Source: a bacterium CG10_46_32 (GTDB taxonomy: Bacteria > Patescibacteriota > Patescibacteriia > UBA2169). Taken from it: a DNA stretch of 64,000 bases. This document shows, piece by piece, positions 39,625 to 49,428 of the stretch. The notes beneath the pieces were generated by a model. It had not been told where the DNA came from, did not search any database, and saw only the letters and a program-made list of their open reading frames with translations. The translations under genes were made by a program, and so were the position numbers. Positions within the stretch are counted from its first letter, which is position 1. Every line of letters starts with the position of its first letter. The DNA is taken from positions 17,494 through 81,493 of the forward strand of contig MOEI01000006.1 in the NCBI GenBank assembly GCA_001889965.1, in the 5' to 3' direction.

Positions 39625-40782
39625 ATGTCAAATAAAAAGCGAACCGTTTTATTTATTAGCGAACGAAGGGCAGACTATAGTCGCTTAAAGCCCATTATGA
39701 AAGCCGTTCAAAAGAGCACAAAGCTTAATTTGAAGCTTGTGGTAACTGGCACGCACCTACTTAAGAATTTTGGAGAAACCAAGCGCGTTGTCGAGAAAGA
39801 TGGATTCTGGATAGATGCGAAAGTTCCTATGTTTAAACCTCGCGGAGCAGACGATGGGGCTGCTATGGTAGAGGCAATGGCGCGAGTACTTGGCGGCCTG
39901 CCAAAGGTGTACAAAAAACTCAAGCCAGACATTGTGTTCTGCGGATTTGATTTAGGTGCGCACCTTGCGGCTGCGATTACGGCAATGCACATGAATATCC
40001 ACGTGGCGCACATACAGGGCGGCGAACGTTCCGGCACTATAGATGAAGTGTTGCGTCATGCGTGCACTAAATTCTCACATATTCATTTTGTCGCAACCGA
40101 GAAAAGCCGAAAGCGTGTTATCAAGCTCGGAGAAGATTCGAAGTATGTATACAATGTAGGGAGCCCAAGTTTGGATACTATCAAATCTATATCTTATCCC
40201 AGTAAAAAAATTATATTTAAAAAATATCATCTTGATCCAGAAAAAAAACTTATTATTTTTCTGCAGCATCCAGTAACCACGGAAGTGGATGAGGTGGTTG
40301 TTCAGATACACCAGACCATAGACGCTGTGCATACTGTTAACCGAAAGTATGGAACTCAAGCGCTGGCCATTTACTCAAATAACGATGCCGGAGGCAAGCG
40401 CATTGTTGCATATCTCAAGAAATCGGGAATTGCAGTCCTGCCGCACGTGGTGTATGAAGATTTTTTGCGACTTTTAAAACATGCGAGCGTGCTGGTTGGA
40501 AATTCCTCAACAGGCATCCACGAGGCTCCTTCGTTTGGATTGCCAACTGTGAATGTTGGTACTCGGCAGCAATTTAGAGAACGCGGGAAAAATGTTATCG
40601 ATACGCCTAATAATAAAGGAAAAATCTTACAGGCAATTGAAAAATCATTATTTGACAAAAAGTATATAAAAATGGTAGAATCTGGTTCTAATCCGTACGA
40701 TAATGGAGATACCGCAAAACAAGTGGTTCACATTCTTGAAAGCGAAACACTGCCCTCAATTCAGAAAGTTATTACCTATTAA
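39625..40782 (+). CDS. UDP-N-acetylglucosamine 2-epimerase, hydrolysing type (NeuC/LegG-like)
   Basis: VLFISERRADYSRLKPI, HIQGGERSGTIDE and VGNSSTGIHEAP motifs. ATG at 39625. Confidence 0.8.
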   Translation: MSNKKRTVLFISERRADYSRLKPIMKAVQKSTKLNLKLVVTGTHLLKNFGETKRVVEKDGFWIDAKVPMFKPRGADDGAAMVEAMARVLGGLPKVYKKLKPDIVFCGFDLGAHLAAAITAMHMNIHVAHIQGGERSGTIDEVLRHACTKFSHIHFVATEKSRKRVIKLGEDSKYVYNVGSPSLDTIKSISYPSKKIIFKKYHLDPEKKLIIFLQHPVTTEVDEVVVQIHQTIDAVHTVNRKYGTQALAIYSNNDAGGKRIVAYLKKSGIAVLPHVVYEDFLRLLKHASVLVGNSSTGIHEAPSFGLPTVNVGTRQQFRERGKNVIDTPNNKGKILQAIEKSLFDKKYIKMVESGSNPYDNGDTAKQVVHILESETLPSIQKVITY

Positions 40783-40793
40783 TTACTACGCAT

Positions 40794-41792
40794 ATGCACG
40801 AGCAATTTAAAGACAAAGTTATTCTTATTACTGGAGGGACAGGAACTATTGGATCTGAATTAGTTCAGCAGCTTTTAAAATGCCACCCAAAACAGGTGCG
40901 TATTTTGTCTCGTGAAGAGGGAAAGCAGTATGAGCTTTTGGAGCGGCTTAAGTACCCTAAAAATTTACGGCTTTTAATTGGTGATATCCGAGATCGTGAC
41001 CGCATTGATTATGCGTTTAAAGACGTGGATATCGTGCTGCATACCGCAGCCATGAAGCAGGTTCCGCTCTGCGAATACAATCCGGCTGAGGCGGTAAAAA
41101 CAAATATTGTTGGCAGCCAAAATGTGATTGACGCAAGCCTCAAGAATCAAGTGGAAAAGGTTATTGCGATTTCCACAGACAAGGCAGTATATCCAACGAA
41201 CGTTATGGGAACTTCCAAGCTCATGATGGAAAAAATGTTTATTAACGCCAATTGGACATCTGGTAAAGCGGTAACCAAATTTGCATGTGTACGTTTCGGA
41301 AATGTGGCATGGGCGCGCGGTAGCGTGCTTCCGCTTTGGAAGAAGCAGGCTGAAAATGAAAGTCGCATTAATATTACTAATCCAAACATGACGCGTTTTA
41401 TGATGTCTATTGAGCAGGCAGTTAATCTTGTGCTGAAAGCCGTAGAGCTTGTGCAGGTTGGAGAAATTTTTGTTCTTAAAATGTCGTCCATCACAATTGG
41501 AGAGCTAGGAAATATGTTTACTGCAAAGTATTATCCGGATAAAAAAATTGCCATTTCAGTAAGCGGCGACCGCGTAGGGGATAAAATGCACGAAGAGTTG
41601 GTAGATGACAACGATCGGACAAGCTATATTCTTGAAGATAAAGATATGTATATTTTTGTTCCTCGTTTTTTAGAGCTTTACGGGGTTGAGCAAGATGTGC
41701 CACAGTATGCCGGATTTACAAAGATTGATACGATTGGGCGGTATTCATCCGATGAGCATATTAATTCAGAAAAAATTAAATCTATTGTGTAA
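40794..41792 (+). CDS. Second UDP-sugar 4,6-dehydratase (PseB/LegB-type short enzyme)
   Basis: ILITGGTGTIGSEL, MGTSK and about 332 aa. Paralog of 25170-26165. Confidence 0.7.
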   Translation: MHEQFKDKVILITGGTGTIGSELVQQLLKCHPKQVRILSREEGKQYELLERLKYPKNLRLLIGDIRDRDRIDYAFKDVDIVLHTAAMKQVPLCEYNPAEAVKTNIVGSQNVIDASLKNQVEKVIAISTDKAVYPTNVMGTSKLMMEKMFINANWTSGKAVTKFACVRFGNVAWARGSVLPLWKKQAENESRINITNPNMTRFMMSIEQAVNLVLKAVELVQVGEIFVLKMSSITIGELGNMFTAKYYPDKKIAISVSGDRVGDKMHEELVDDNDRTSYILEDKDMYIFVPRFLELYGVEQDVPQYAGFTKIDTIGRYSSDEHINSEKIKSIV

Positions 41793-41801
41793 GAGTTTTA
41801 T

Positions 41802-42842
41802 ATGGCAACACACAATGATCTGGCGCGCGCGTATCTCACGCTCGGGTACCATTATATTAGACAGCCGGCTCAAAAAGATCCGTTTCCGCGGGTTAAGGGA
41901 AGCACGTGGAGTGATTTTGGAGCGCATCTGCGGATGATACAAAAATATTTTAATATCATCAGTCTAGATGATGTGTTGCGTTTTCATAGAAATGAGATTG
42001 AATTGTCGCTGACTAAGCCAAATATACTGCTAACTTTTGATGATGGTCTGGAGGAACATTGTAGGGTTGCTCAGATATTGGCTGAGTGTAAAATTCAAGC
42101 GGTGTTTTTTATTCCAACGTGTCTTTTGACAGATAGAGTTCCTATAAATACAACCATTCTGCATTATTCACTAGCTCGGTATGGATTAACTATTTTTTTG
42201 GATGCGTTTCATAAAGCTTTAATAGCGCACGGACTTAAGAACGAAGACTATCCGCTGTATTTTGCTAAAGGAATAGATAATCCTCCCGACAAAATTGTAG
42301 AGATAAAAAAAACCTTTAAGTATGGATTAAGCTACGAGAATTCGCAGGGTATTATTATGCATATTTATCAAGCTTTATTGCTCAAAGACTATCCGAATGC
42401 ATTTGAACTCATGCATATTGACGAAGACAAAGCGAAGAAGATTGTGGATTTTGGTCACAATATAGGAGCGCATACCCATTCACATATATCAGTAGGATCT
42501 ACTGATTTATCAGATGACGCTTTTCAGAAAGAAATTATTCATTCCAAAAATATTTTAGAAAGCAAGCTTGGCGTAAAAGTTGAAAGTATCTCTTATCCTT
42601 TTGGAGAAAAACGAGATTATGACTCTATTGAAGAAAAAATAAGAAAAATGGGGACCTATCAAGCAGGTTTTACGGCCGAGCCGTCTCTTAACACAAAAGA
42701 AACATCACCATTAAAGATTGGGCGATATCTACCTCTTAAAGCTGATACTTCTGATATTTTATTTGATAAATTAAAATCATTACAGATGGGTAAGGAGATA
42801 CTATGGAAATATTGGGAGTTGGCACGGACATCGAAATCATAA
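41802..42842 (+). CDS. Polysaccharide deacetylase (NodB homology domain)
   Basis: ILLTFDDGLEEH motif. Confidence 0.65.
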   Translation: MATHNDLARAYLTLGYHYIRQPAQKDPFPRVKGSTWSDFGAHLRMIQKYFNIISLDDVLRFHRNEIELSLTKPNILLTFDDGLEEHCRVAQILAECKIQAVFFIPTCLLTDRVPINTTILHYSLARYGLTIFLDAFHKALIAHGLKNEDYPLYFAKGIDNPPDKIVEIKKTFKYGLSYENSQGIIMHIYQALLLKDYPNAFELMHIDEDKAKKIVDFGHNIGAHTHSHISVGSTDLSDDAFQKEIIHSKNILESKLGVKVESISYPFGEKRDYDSIEEKIRKMGTYQAGFTAEPSLNTKETSPLKIGRYLPLKADTSDILFDKLKSLQMGKEILWKYWELARTSKS

Positions 42843-43150
42843 ATTCGTTTAGGGCTAAGCCGTATGATGGGCACAAGGTATTGTACAATAAGATTTTTAG
42901 CAAAGCTGAAATTAGTTACTGCTTAAACAAAAATGATAGCTACGCTAGTTTTGCGGGAAAGTTTTGCGCCAAAGAAGCCGTGATAAAAGCGTTTAAGCAT
43001 ACTAATCTTTTTGATATTATATCTGTTGAAATTATAAATAATGCAAACGGCGAACCCGAAGCGTTTACAAACGGAAATAAATTACATTGTTTTTTGTCGA
43101 TTTCACATACCAACGATCAAGCGCTCGCGTTCTGCGTGGCGTATGCGTAA
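42803..43150 (+). CDS. acpS: Holo-[acyl-carrier-protein] synthase (4'-phosphopantetheinyl transferase, AcpS type)
   Basis: GVGTDIEII...FAGKFCAKEAVIKA motifs. Length is 115 aa. Confidence 0.7.
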   Translation: MEILGVGTDIEIINSFRAKPYDGHKVLYNKIFSKAEISYCLNKNDSYASFAGKFCAKEAVIKAFKHTNLFDIISVEIINNANGEPEAFTNGNKLHCFLSISHTNDQALAFCVAYA

Positions 43151-43151
43151 T

Positions 43152-44687
43152 ATGGCTCATCTTGTACAACAATATATTGATCGTAATGCACGACAGAATC
43201 CAAAAAAGACGGCTGTAGTGTTTAACGATGAAAGTATAACGTATAAGGATTTGGAGGAATATACAAACCAGCTTGGCCGCGTGCTTAAAAAAGCTGGTGT
43301 AGGCAAAGGGGATCGAGTTTGTTTTTGCCTATATAAATCAATCAATTCCATTAAAGCCATTTTTGGTATTCTAAAAGCGGATGCAAGCTATGTGCCTTTG
43401 GATGCGTTTTCTCCGGCCGCGCGTTTAAAAAAAATTACACAAGACGCCGAACCCAAGGTGCTGGTCTGCGATACAGATACTATGGCACTGGTTAAATCCA
43501 TTATTCCTGTATCTGTCACTGTAGTGTGCTTAGGGAAGAAACGGGTAGATGACAGTATTCTTGCAGAAAAAAAAATCAGCCCTTCTTGTACAAATACTCC
43601 GGAAGACGTAGCATATATTTTTTACACCTCCGGCTCGACCGGAACCCCCAAAGGTGTTATGATAACTCATCGTAATCTTAATGGATGCGCAGATTGGGCT
43701 GTGCGTGAGTTCGGCATTACCAAAAAGGACACGCTCTCTTCCCACCCACCGTTTCATTTTGACCTATCAACGTTTGATATATATGCATGCTTTAAGGCAG
43801 GCGCAACATTGGTTATTGTTCCTGAAAAATTTTCTGTATTTCCGGGCGCGCTTTTAGACTATATTGAGCACCATAGTATGACCATTTGGAATTCCGTGCC
43901 GTCACTCCTCTCGTATGTGGCGCGTTCCGGAGTTTTAACCAAAGATCGTATCCCGCTCGTTAAAAAGATTTTTTTTAACGGTGAAGTGTTTTCACCAAAA
44001 TATCTTGCCCAATGGATGACAATGTATCCTAAAAAAGAATTCGTAAACATGTATGGGCCAACAGAAGCAACAGTGCAGTGCAGTTTTTATCGAATTAAAA
44101 GAGTGCCGAAAAATTTGAAAAAGCCAGTACCTATTGGAAAATCTTGCAGCAACGCTAAAATTTTTGCGGTTACAGTGGATGGCAAAATCGCACGGCCGGG
44201 TCAGCGCGGCGAATTATACATTGGCGGTAGCGGGGTTGGTCGTGGATATTGGAGGAATAGGGAAAAAACCAAAGAATCCTTTGTGCAAAATCCTTTTGCC
44301 GCACCCAAAGGAATCGTGTATAAAACCGGAGACTTTGTATTATACAATAAAAATAAGGAGTACGAGTTTTTAGGAAGGATCGACCACCAGGTGAAGCATA
44401 TGGGCTACCGCATTGAATTAGGAGAGGTGGAGTCCGCGCTTTTGTCTATCTCATACATAAAAGAAGCAATCGTGGTTGCATACGAGAAAGAAACTGGAAA
44501 TGAACTGGCCGCATTTGTAGTTACATCCGGTAAGCGTTCTGCGGCGAGCATAATAGCAGACCTCCGCACGATTGTCCCTGCGTACATGGTTCCGGGCAAG
44601 GTGCTCATGCTTCCGTCATTACCAAAAACCAGCACTGGAAAAACAGACCGTGTGACATTAAAGGAACAGTATGTCGCAAAAGTATAA
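43152..44687 (+). CDS. Adenylate-forming enzyme (AMP-dependent ligase; DltA / amino-acid-or-acyl carrier protein ligase-like)
   Basis: YTSGSTGTPKGV A3 motif, YGPTEAT, and the YKTGD...GRxDxQVKxxGxRIELGE A8-A10 region. ATG at 43152, right after the acpS stop. Confidence 0.8.
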   Translation: MAHLVQQYIDRNARQNPKKTAVVFNDESITYKDLEEYTNQLGRVLKKAGVGKGDRVCFCLYKSINSIKAIFGILKADASYVPLDAFSPAARLKKITQDAEPKVLVCDTDTMALVKSIIPVSVTVVCLGKKRVDDSILAEKKISPSCTNTPEDVAYIFYTSGSTGTPKGVMITHRNLNGCADWAVREFGITKKDTLSSHPPFHFDLSTFDIYACFKAGATLVIVPEKFSVFPGALLDYIEHHSMTIWNSVPSLLSYVARSGVLTKDRIPLVKKIFFNGEVFSPKYLAQWMTMYPKKEFVNMYGPTEATVQCSFYRIKRVPKNLKKPVPIGKSCSNAKIFAVTVDGKIARPGQRGELYIGGSGVGRGYWRNREKTKESFVQNPFAAPKGIVYKTGDFVLYNKNKEYEFLGRIDHQVKHMGYRIELGEVESALLSISYIKEAIVVAYEKETGNELAAFVVTSGKRSAASIIADLRTIVPAYMVPGKVLMLPSLPKTSTGKTDRVTLKEQYVAKV

Positions 44688-44928
44688 CATTCAAAAAATC
44701 GAATCAAGCCTAAAATCTTTTTTGGAAAAAGAAACCAAGAGTGTTATCGCGAGCCGCGACACTGATTTGGTCAAGAAAGGCATTATCAGCTCCTTGGATA
44801 TGTTTTTACTGATTGAATTTATAGAAAAAAAATTCAAAGTGAGTGTGGACATCACCACGCTTAATCCAGAAAATTTTAATTCACTCCGGTCTATCGCCGC
44901 GCACATCGCACTATGGACATCGATATAA
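44671..44928 (+). CDS. Acyl/peptidyl carrier protein (DltC-like)
   Basis: 85 aa with the GIISSLDMFLLIEFIE phosphopantetheine attachment site. Confidence 0.65.
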   Translation: MSQKYNIQKIESSLKSFLEKETKSVIASRDTDLVKKGIISSLDMFLLIEFIEKKFKVSVDITTLNPENFNSLRSIAAHIALWTSI

Positions 44929-45983
44929 GATACGTCAAAAAAAATGAAGTAAAAAAGCTTGTCGCTTTTAACAAGGCGCAGTATCGTCCAGGCCACATCC
45001 TTACGAATAAGCGATATCTGGACTGGCAGTTCGGCAGCCTGAACGCCCTGCGTTCCGAGTATACAGTCCTTGGGGTTTTTGACGCAAAAGAAAATCTGCT
45101 GGGAACATTTGGATTCACTTTTTTGGATTTTTTGTGTTTTGGGAAAAAGGTTACTGCCACCAGTTGTGCTAATTTGATGGTGAATAGCTCGCTTCGTAAT
45201 ATGGGATTGGGATATGCGCTCTTGCGCAAAGCACAGGAACTGCACCGCATTACGCTGGATCATGGGCTGAATGCAGATGCGCTGCGTCTTTTTTTGGGGA
45301 TGGGTTGGTCTGGTGGAGATTTAAATCGGCATGCGTTTATCGTCAATAGCGCGGGGATTAAAAAAATAATCAAGAAGCAGGGTGCGCTAATCCAAGACTC
45401 AACAGCAGTTCCGGTTAATCCGAATGGGTTGGAGCTGGTTGCCCTTAAAAAGTATGATGTGCGACTTGAGGCCTTATTTAAAAAAACAAAATCAAAATAT
45501 CCCATTACCGTGGCGCGGAGCAAGAAATATCTTAATTGGCGTTATTTTAAACACCCACTTATTACGTACTCTGTTTTTGTCGCTACAAAAAACGGGAAGT
45601 TCGAATCGTTTGTAGTTGTTCGCATGGAGGGATCAAAACAGTTAAAAGCTGGCAGGATTGTTGATTTTATTTCCACAGATAGCGCGGAGGCGTTTTCTTT
45701 TGCGGGTGTTGTAGATTTTTGTCGGATACAGGGCGCACATTTTATTGATTATTATTTTTCTGGGAATTTTCATGTGCGCGGATTAGCGCGTGCAAGGTTT
45801 GTTGATTGTTCATCCGGATCGTTTGTTTTATTGCCAAAGTTTTTAAATCCTGTAGTTGTGACAGAATATAATGCCATTAATATGGTAGTTTGCACAACGA
45901 TGCGTACTATTAGTAAAAAAATTAGGAATATTAATAATTGGTACACTACCAAAGGAGGTGGTGACCAGGATCGTGCGTACTAG
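44913..45983 (+). CDS. GNAT-fold (FemAB/Acetyltransf_6-like) acyltransferase, hypothetical
   Basis: NMGLGYALL GNAT motif A-like. About 356 aa could hold two GNAT-like halves. Its position after the ligase and carrier protein supports the call. Confidence 0.35.
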   Translation: MDIDIRYVKKNEVKKLVAFNKAQYRPGHILTNKRYLDWQFGSLNALRSEYTVLGVFDAKENLLGTFGFTFLDFLCFGKKVTATSCANLMVNSSLRNMGLGYALLRKAQELHRITLDHGLNADALRLFLGMGWSGGDLNRHAFIVNSAGIKKIIKKQGALIQDSTAVPVNPNGLELVALKKYDVRLEALFKKTKSKYPITVARSKKYLNWRYFKHPLITYSVFVATKNGKFESFVVVRMEGSKQLKAGRIVDFISTDSAEAFSFAGVVDFCRIQGAHFIDYYFSGNFHVRGLARARFVDCSSGSFVLLPKFLNPVVVTEYNAINMVVCTTMRTISKKIRNINNWYTTKGGGDQDRAY

Positions 45984-45989
45984 ATAACT

Positions 45990-46835
45990 ATGAATACGAA
46001 TAAAAATTATTTAGAATGGAAAAAACAGTCCGATCCAGATAAGGGCTTTGCGGTACGAGGTACGCTCGTAGAACATGCGGCAAAAAAAGGTTTTAACGCC
46101 ATCATCGATGAGTATGTTTATATTTATCCCGAAAATATAGAACGAACATTTCGGTTGTTGCCTTTGGCGTGGGAATCTTTTAAAGGTGTAGGAGTTGATT
46201 TGGGTGGCGGTGTTGGGTGCGTCGCAGCTACTATAGCCAGAAAACCTGAAGTGGAGAAAATATACTGTGTCGAGTTTACAAAAGAAGTTGTTGAACTGTG
46301 TCAGTCGATTGTAAAACAGGTTGTTTTGCCAGGCAAGGAGGACAAGGTGGTTTCTGTTCTTGGTGATTTTGACAACCTAGAGCTTGCGGATGGCTCTATT
46401 GATTTTGCGATTGATTGGGATTCTCTACATCATTCTTATGATGTAATAAAAACATTGCGCGAGTGTCATCGTGTTTTAAAACCGAGCGGCCGGCTTATTA
46501 TGGTTGATCGAGTACACAACAATAATACGCCGGAGTCTGAACTCGAACGCCGTCGTACTATTGTGTACGATAAAGAATTTTTGCGGAGAAATTATTTGGA
46601 CGAAAATATAGTACTCACTCGAAAGGATTTAGGCGAACATGAATGGCGATTTCGTGAGTGGGAAAGTTTTTTTTCCGCAGCGGGTTTTAAGGTGCTAGAT
46701 ACCATAATTATTAAAACAGATACTGAGGATAATCGGGCAATAAAGAATGACAAAAATTTAGTCGAAATTTTAACAAACTATAATTTAGGCGGTTTTGGAA
46801 GCCGTAAAGTTGGCTATATTCTTGAGGCCCTATAA
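45990..46835 (+). CDS. Class I SAM-dependent methyltransferase
   Basis: VGVDLGGGVGCVA motif I and VLKPSGRLIM. Confidence 0.65.
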   Translation: MNTNKNYLEWKKQSDPDKGFAVRGTLVEHAAKKGFNAIIDEYVYIYPENIERTFRLLPLAWESFKGVGVDLGGGVGCVAATIARKPEVEKIYCVEFTKEVVELCQSIVKQVVLPGKEDKVVSVLGDFDNLELADGSIDFAIDWDSLHHSYDVIKTLRECHRVLKPSGRLIMVDRVHNNNTPESELERRRTIVYDKEFLRRNYLDENIVLTRKDLGEHEWRFREWESFFSAAGFKVLDTIIIKTDTEDNRAIKNDKNLVEILTNYNLGGFGSRKVGYILEAL

Positions 46836-46848
46836 TACGACATTGATT

Positions 46849-47997
46849 ATGCAAAAAAAGAAGATTATTTTTTTAACGGGCACACGAGCCGATTTTGGAA
46901 AAATAAAGCCGTTGATTGATGTGACGATGCGTGCAAATATATTTGAAGTGCATATTTTTGCAACAGGCATGCACTTGAGCAAAAAATACGGATACACAAT
47001 GAACGAAATAAAAAAGTGCGGCTTTGAGAATATCTATCCGTTTGATAATGACGTTGAAAGCGGAAGCCTGAGCAGCGTCCTTGCAAACACGATTAATGGT
47101 TTTGGCGATTATGTACAAGCGTTGCAGCCAAATTTGATTATTGTTCATGGGGATCGAGTTGAAGCGCTCGCCGGCGCATTAGTCGGCTCCCTGAATAATA
47201 TTATTGTTGCACACGTGGAAGGCGGAGAGGTTTCCGGAACCATTGATGAACATATACGGCATGCAATAAGCAAAATGTCACATATTCATTTTGTGGCAAA
47301 TGCGGAAGCCCAGAAACGCCTCGTGCAGATGGGGGAATCAGATGAGGTGATTCATGTTATCGGTTCACCGGATCTAGACATAATGACTTCTTCGGATTTG
47401 CCCAGTATGGAGGAAGCCAAGCAGAAATACAGCATACCTTTTGGTCGCTATGCTATTTTACTCTACCATCCTGTAACTTCGGAGTTGGATAAACTTCAGG
47501 TGCATGCTGATGACTTGGTTTCTGAAGTGTTTGATTCAGGGCTCAATTATATCGTTGTATATCCGAATAGCGATCCGGGTTCGGATTGCATTCTTAAAAG
47601 CTATCAGGAACACTTAGAGGTGAATGATCGTTTTCGAGTTATCCCTTCGGTTCGGTTTGAGCATTTTTTGACGCTCATCAAGCATGCTAAATTTATTATT
47701 GGAAACTCAAGCGTTGGCATTCGGGAGGCGCCTTTTTACGGAGTTCCCAGTATTAATATCGGTACGCGTCAGCATCGACGGCTTAAGCCTGGCACTGCCA
47801 AGAGTATTGTGGATGTGCCAGATGATCGGAGTGAAATAGCGCGCGCTATCCGCGATGCAGCTAAGATCGAAAAACGGTATGAAAAGAATCAGTACTTTGG
47901 AGACGGTAACAGTGCCAAGCGTTTTTATAGCATTATCACTCGGGATGATTTTTGGAACACCAACGCCCAGAAATTTTTTGTTGATTTATACGAGTAA
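46849..47997 (+). CDS. Third UDP-GlcNAc 2-epimerase homologue (NeuC-like, hydrolysing type)
   Basis: IIFLTGTRADFGKIKPL, HVEGGEVSGTIDE and IGNSSVGIREAP motifs. ATG at 46849. Confidence 0.75.
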   Translation: MQKKKIIFLTGTRADFGKIKPLIDVTMRANIFEVHIFATGMHLSKKYGYTMNEIKKCGFENIYPFDNDVESGSLSSVLANTINGFGDYVQALQPNLIIVHGDRVEALAGALVGSLNNIIVAHVEGGEVSGTIDEHIRHAISKMSHIHFVANAEAQKRLVQMGESDEVIHVIGSPDLDIMTSSDLPSMEEAKQKYSIPFGRYAILLYHPVTSELDKLQVHADDLVSEVFDSGLNYIVVYPNSDPGSDCILKSYQEHLEVNDRFRVIPSVRFEHFLTLIKHAKFIIGNSSVGIREAPFYGVPSINIGTRQHRRLKPGTAKSIVDVPDDRSEIARAIRDAAKIEKRYEKNQYFGDGNSAKRFYSIITRDDFWNTNAQKFFVDLYE

Positions 47998-49400
47998 TGA
48001 GAGGCATGACTATTTTTATTACCATTGCCAAAGGATTAATTGCTCGCAACCTCCTGCAGAATGATTTTTATGCACTCGTAAAAAAACATTTCGACAAAGT
48101 GGTTGTATTGAGCACTGCGTGGAGCGATGAACGATTTGTTACTGAGTTTGGCGGCAGTAATGTGGTATTTTTGCCACTACCTCAGGCGCCGGATACGTTT
48201 GCGAGTAAGCTTATTGGCAACCTAAGCCGGTATATTATCTATAACGGCAGGACCGAAATGATGAGTGCGTATAATTTTGATCGCGGCAAGGATGTGCCTG
48301 TTATATGGTGGTACCCAAAATACCTCATTCTTAAGGCGGTGTTTGTACCGCTTTCAAAAATTACTTCTTTGCGAAAATTATTGCGCAAGATTGATGTTGC
48401 ATTTTTACATAAAAAGACCGTGGCAAAGTACCGCGCGCTTATTAAAGAGCATGCTCCAAATGTGGTATTTGTTTCTAATATAGTGGATAATACCGAAGCT
48501 GCTTTGGTAAAAGCAGCACGCCGAGAAAGGGTTCCCAGCGTTGCTATGGTTAAGAGCTGGGATAATTTTTCCAAGCAATATTTTGGCGCATCCGCAGATA
48601 CGTTTGCCGTGTGGAATCAGTTTATGGCGGAACAGGCGCATGCGCTGCAGGATTATAAAAAGGAAGCTATTGCTATTGTGGGCGTTCCTCAGTTTGATTA
48701 CTATGCAGACCATTTCTGTATTGTGCCACGAGAGGTGTTTTGTAAGCGCGCGGGTTTGGATCCGAATAAAAAGATTATTTTTTTCGGGTCAGAGGGCAAG
48801 CTTATGCCTACAGATCCAAATATCGTAGAGGTGATGCGTGATTTTATAAAAAATAACGAACTTGCCGAGGAGTGCCAGGTGTTTGTGCGGCCGCATTTTG
48901 CCTACACACATGACCGCGAAAAATTTAAAGATTTTTTTAGTTCAAAAGAAGTGGTGGTAGATGCATCTCATAAATCCTCTTCGGGTTTTTCGGATGGCTG
49001 GGATTATTCTAGAGAACAAATGGAGTACTTCCTCAATGCCATTCATCATGCTGCTGTGGTTGTCAATACTGCGTCTACGCTTACGGCAGATGCCTTAGCG
49101 CTCAATCGACCTGTTATTTTAATTGCGTTTGAGGGATACGAGAAAAAAACAACTTACGAATCTGTTGCCGGGTGGTATACAAGCGATTATTACCAAAAAA
49201 TTGTTTCGTTTCATGCCGCGCTCATGGCAGATAGCGTTGCGCGCTTGCGTTCTGCGATTAATGAGTGTCTTGCCGATCCCGACATACTCTCCCCGGCGCG
49301 CAAAAAGTTTAAAGATTATTTTTGTTTTAAGGTGGATGGCGGCGCAGGCAAACGTTTATTTAGTGTAGTATATCAAGAAACAAATAGTATTAAAAATTAA
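47997..49400 (+). CDS. GT-B-fold HP-motif transferase, paralog of 36489-37901
   Basis: CQVFVRPHFAYTHDRE and VGVPQFDYY. Length is 467 aa. Confidence 0.4.
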   Translation: MRGMTIFITIAKGLIARNLLQNDFYALVKKHFDKVVVLSTAWSDERFVTEFGGSNVVFLPLPQAPDTFASKLIGNLSRYIIYNGRTEMMSAYNFDRGKDVPVIWWYPKYLILKAVFVPLSKITSLRKLLRKIDVAFLHKKTVAKYRALIKEHAPNVVFVSNIVDNTEAALVKAARRERVPSVAMVKSWDNFSKQYFGASADTFAVWNQFMAEQAHALQDYKKEAIAIVGVPQFDYYADHFCIVPREVFCKRAGLDPNKKIIFFGSEGKLMPTDPNIVEVMRDFIKNNELAEECQVFVRPHFAYTHDREKFKDFFSSKEVVVDASHKSSSGFSDGWDYSREQMEYFLNAIHHAAVVVNTASTLTADALALNRPVILIAFEGYEKKTTYESVAGWYTSDYYQKIVSFHAALMADSVARLRSAINECLADPDILSPARKKFKDYFCFKVDGGAGKRLFSVVYQETNSIKN

Positions 49401-49428
49401 TCTAATTTATTAGTTGTAAAATTTATGT

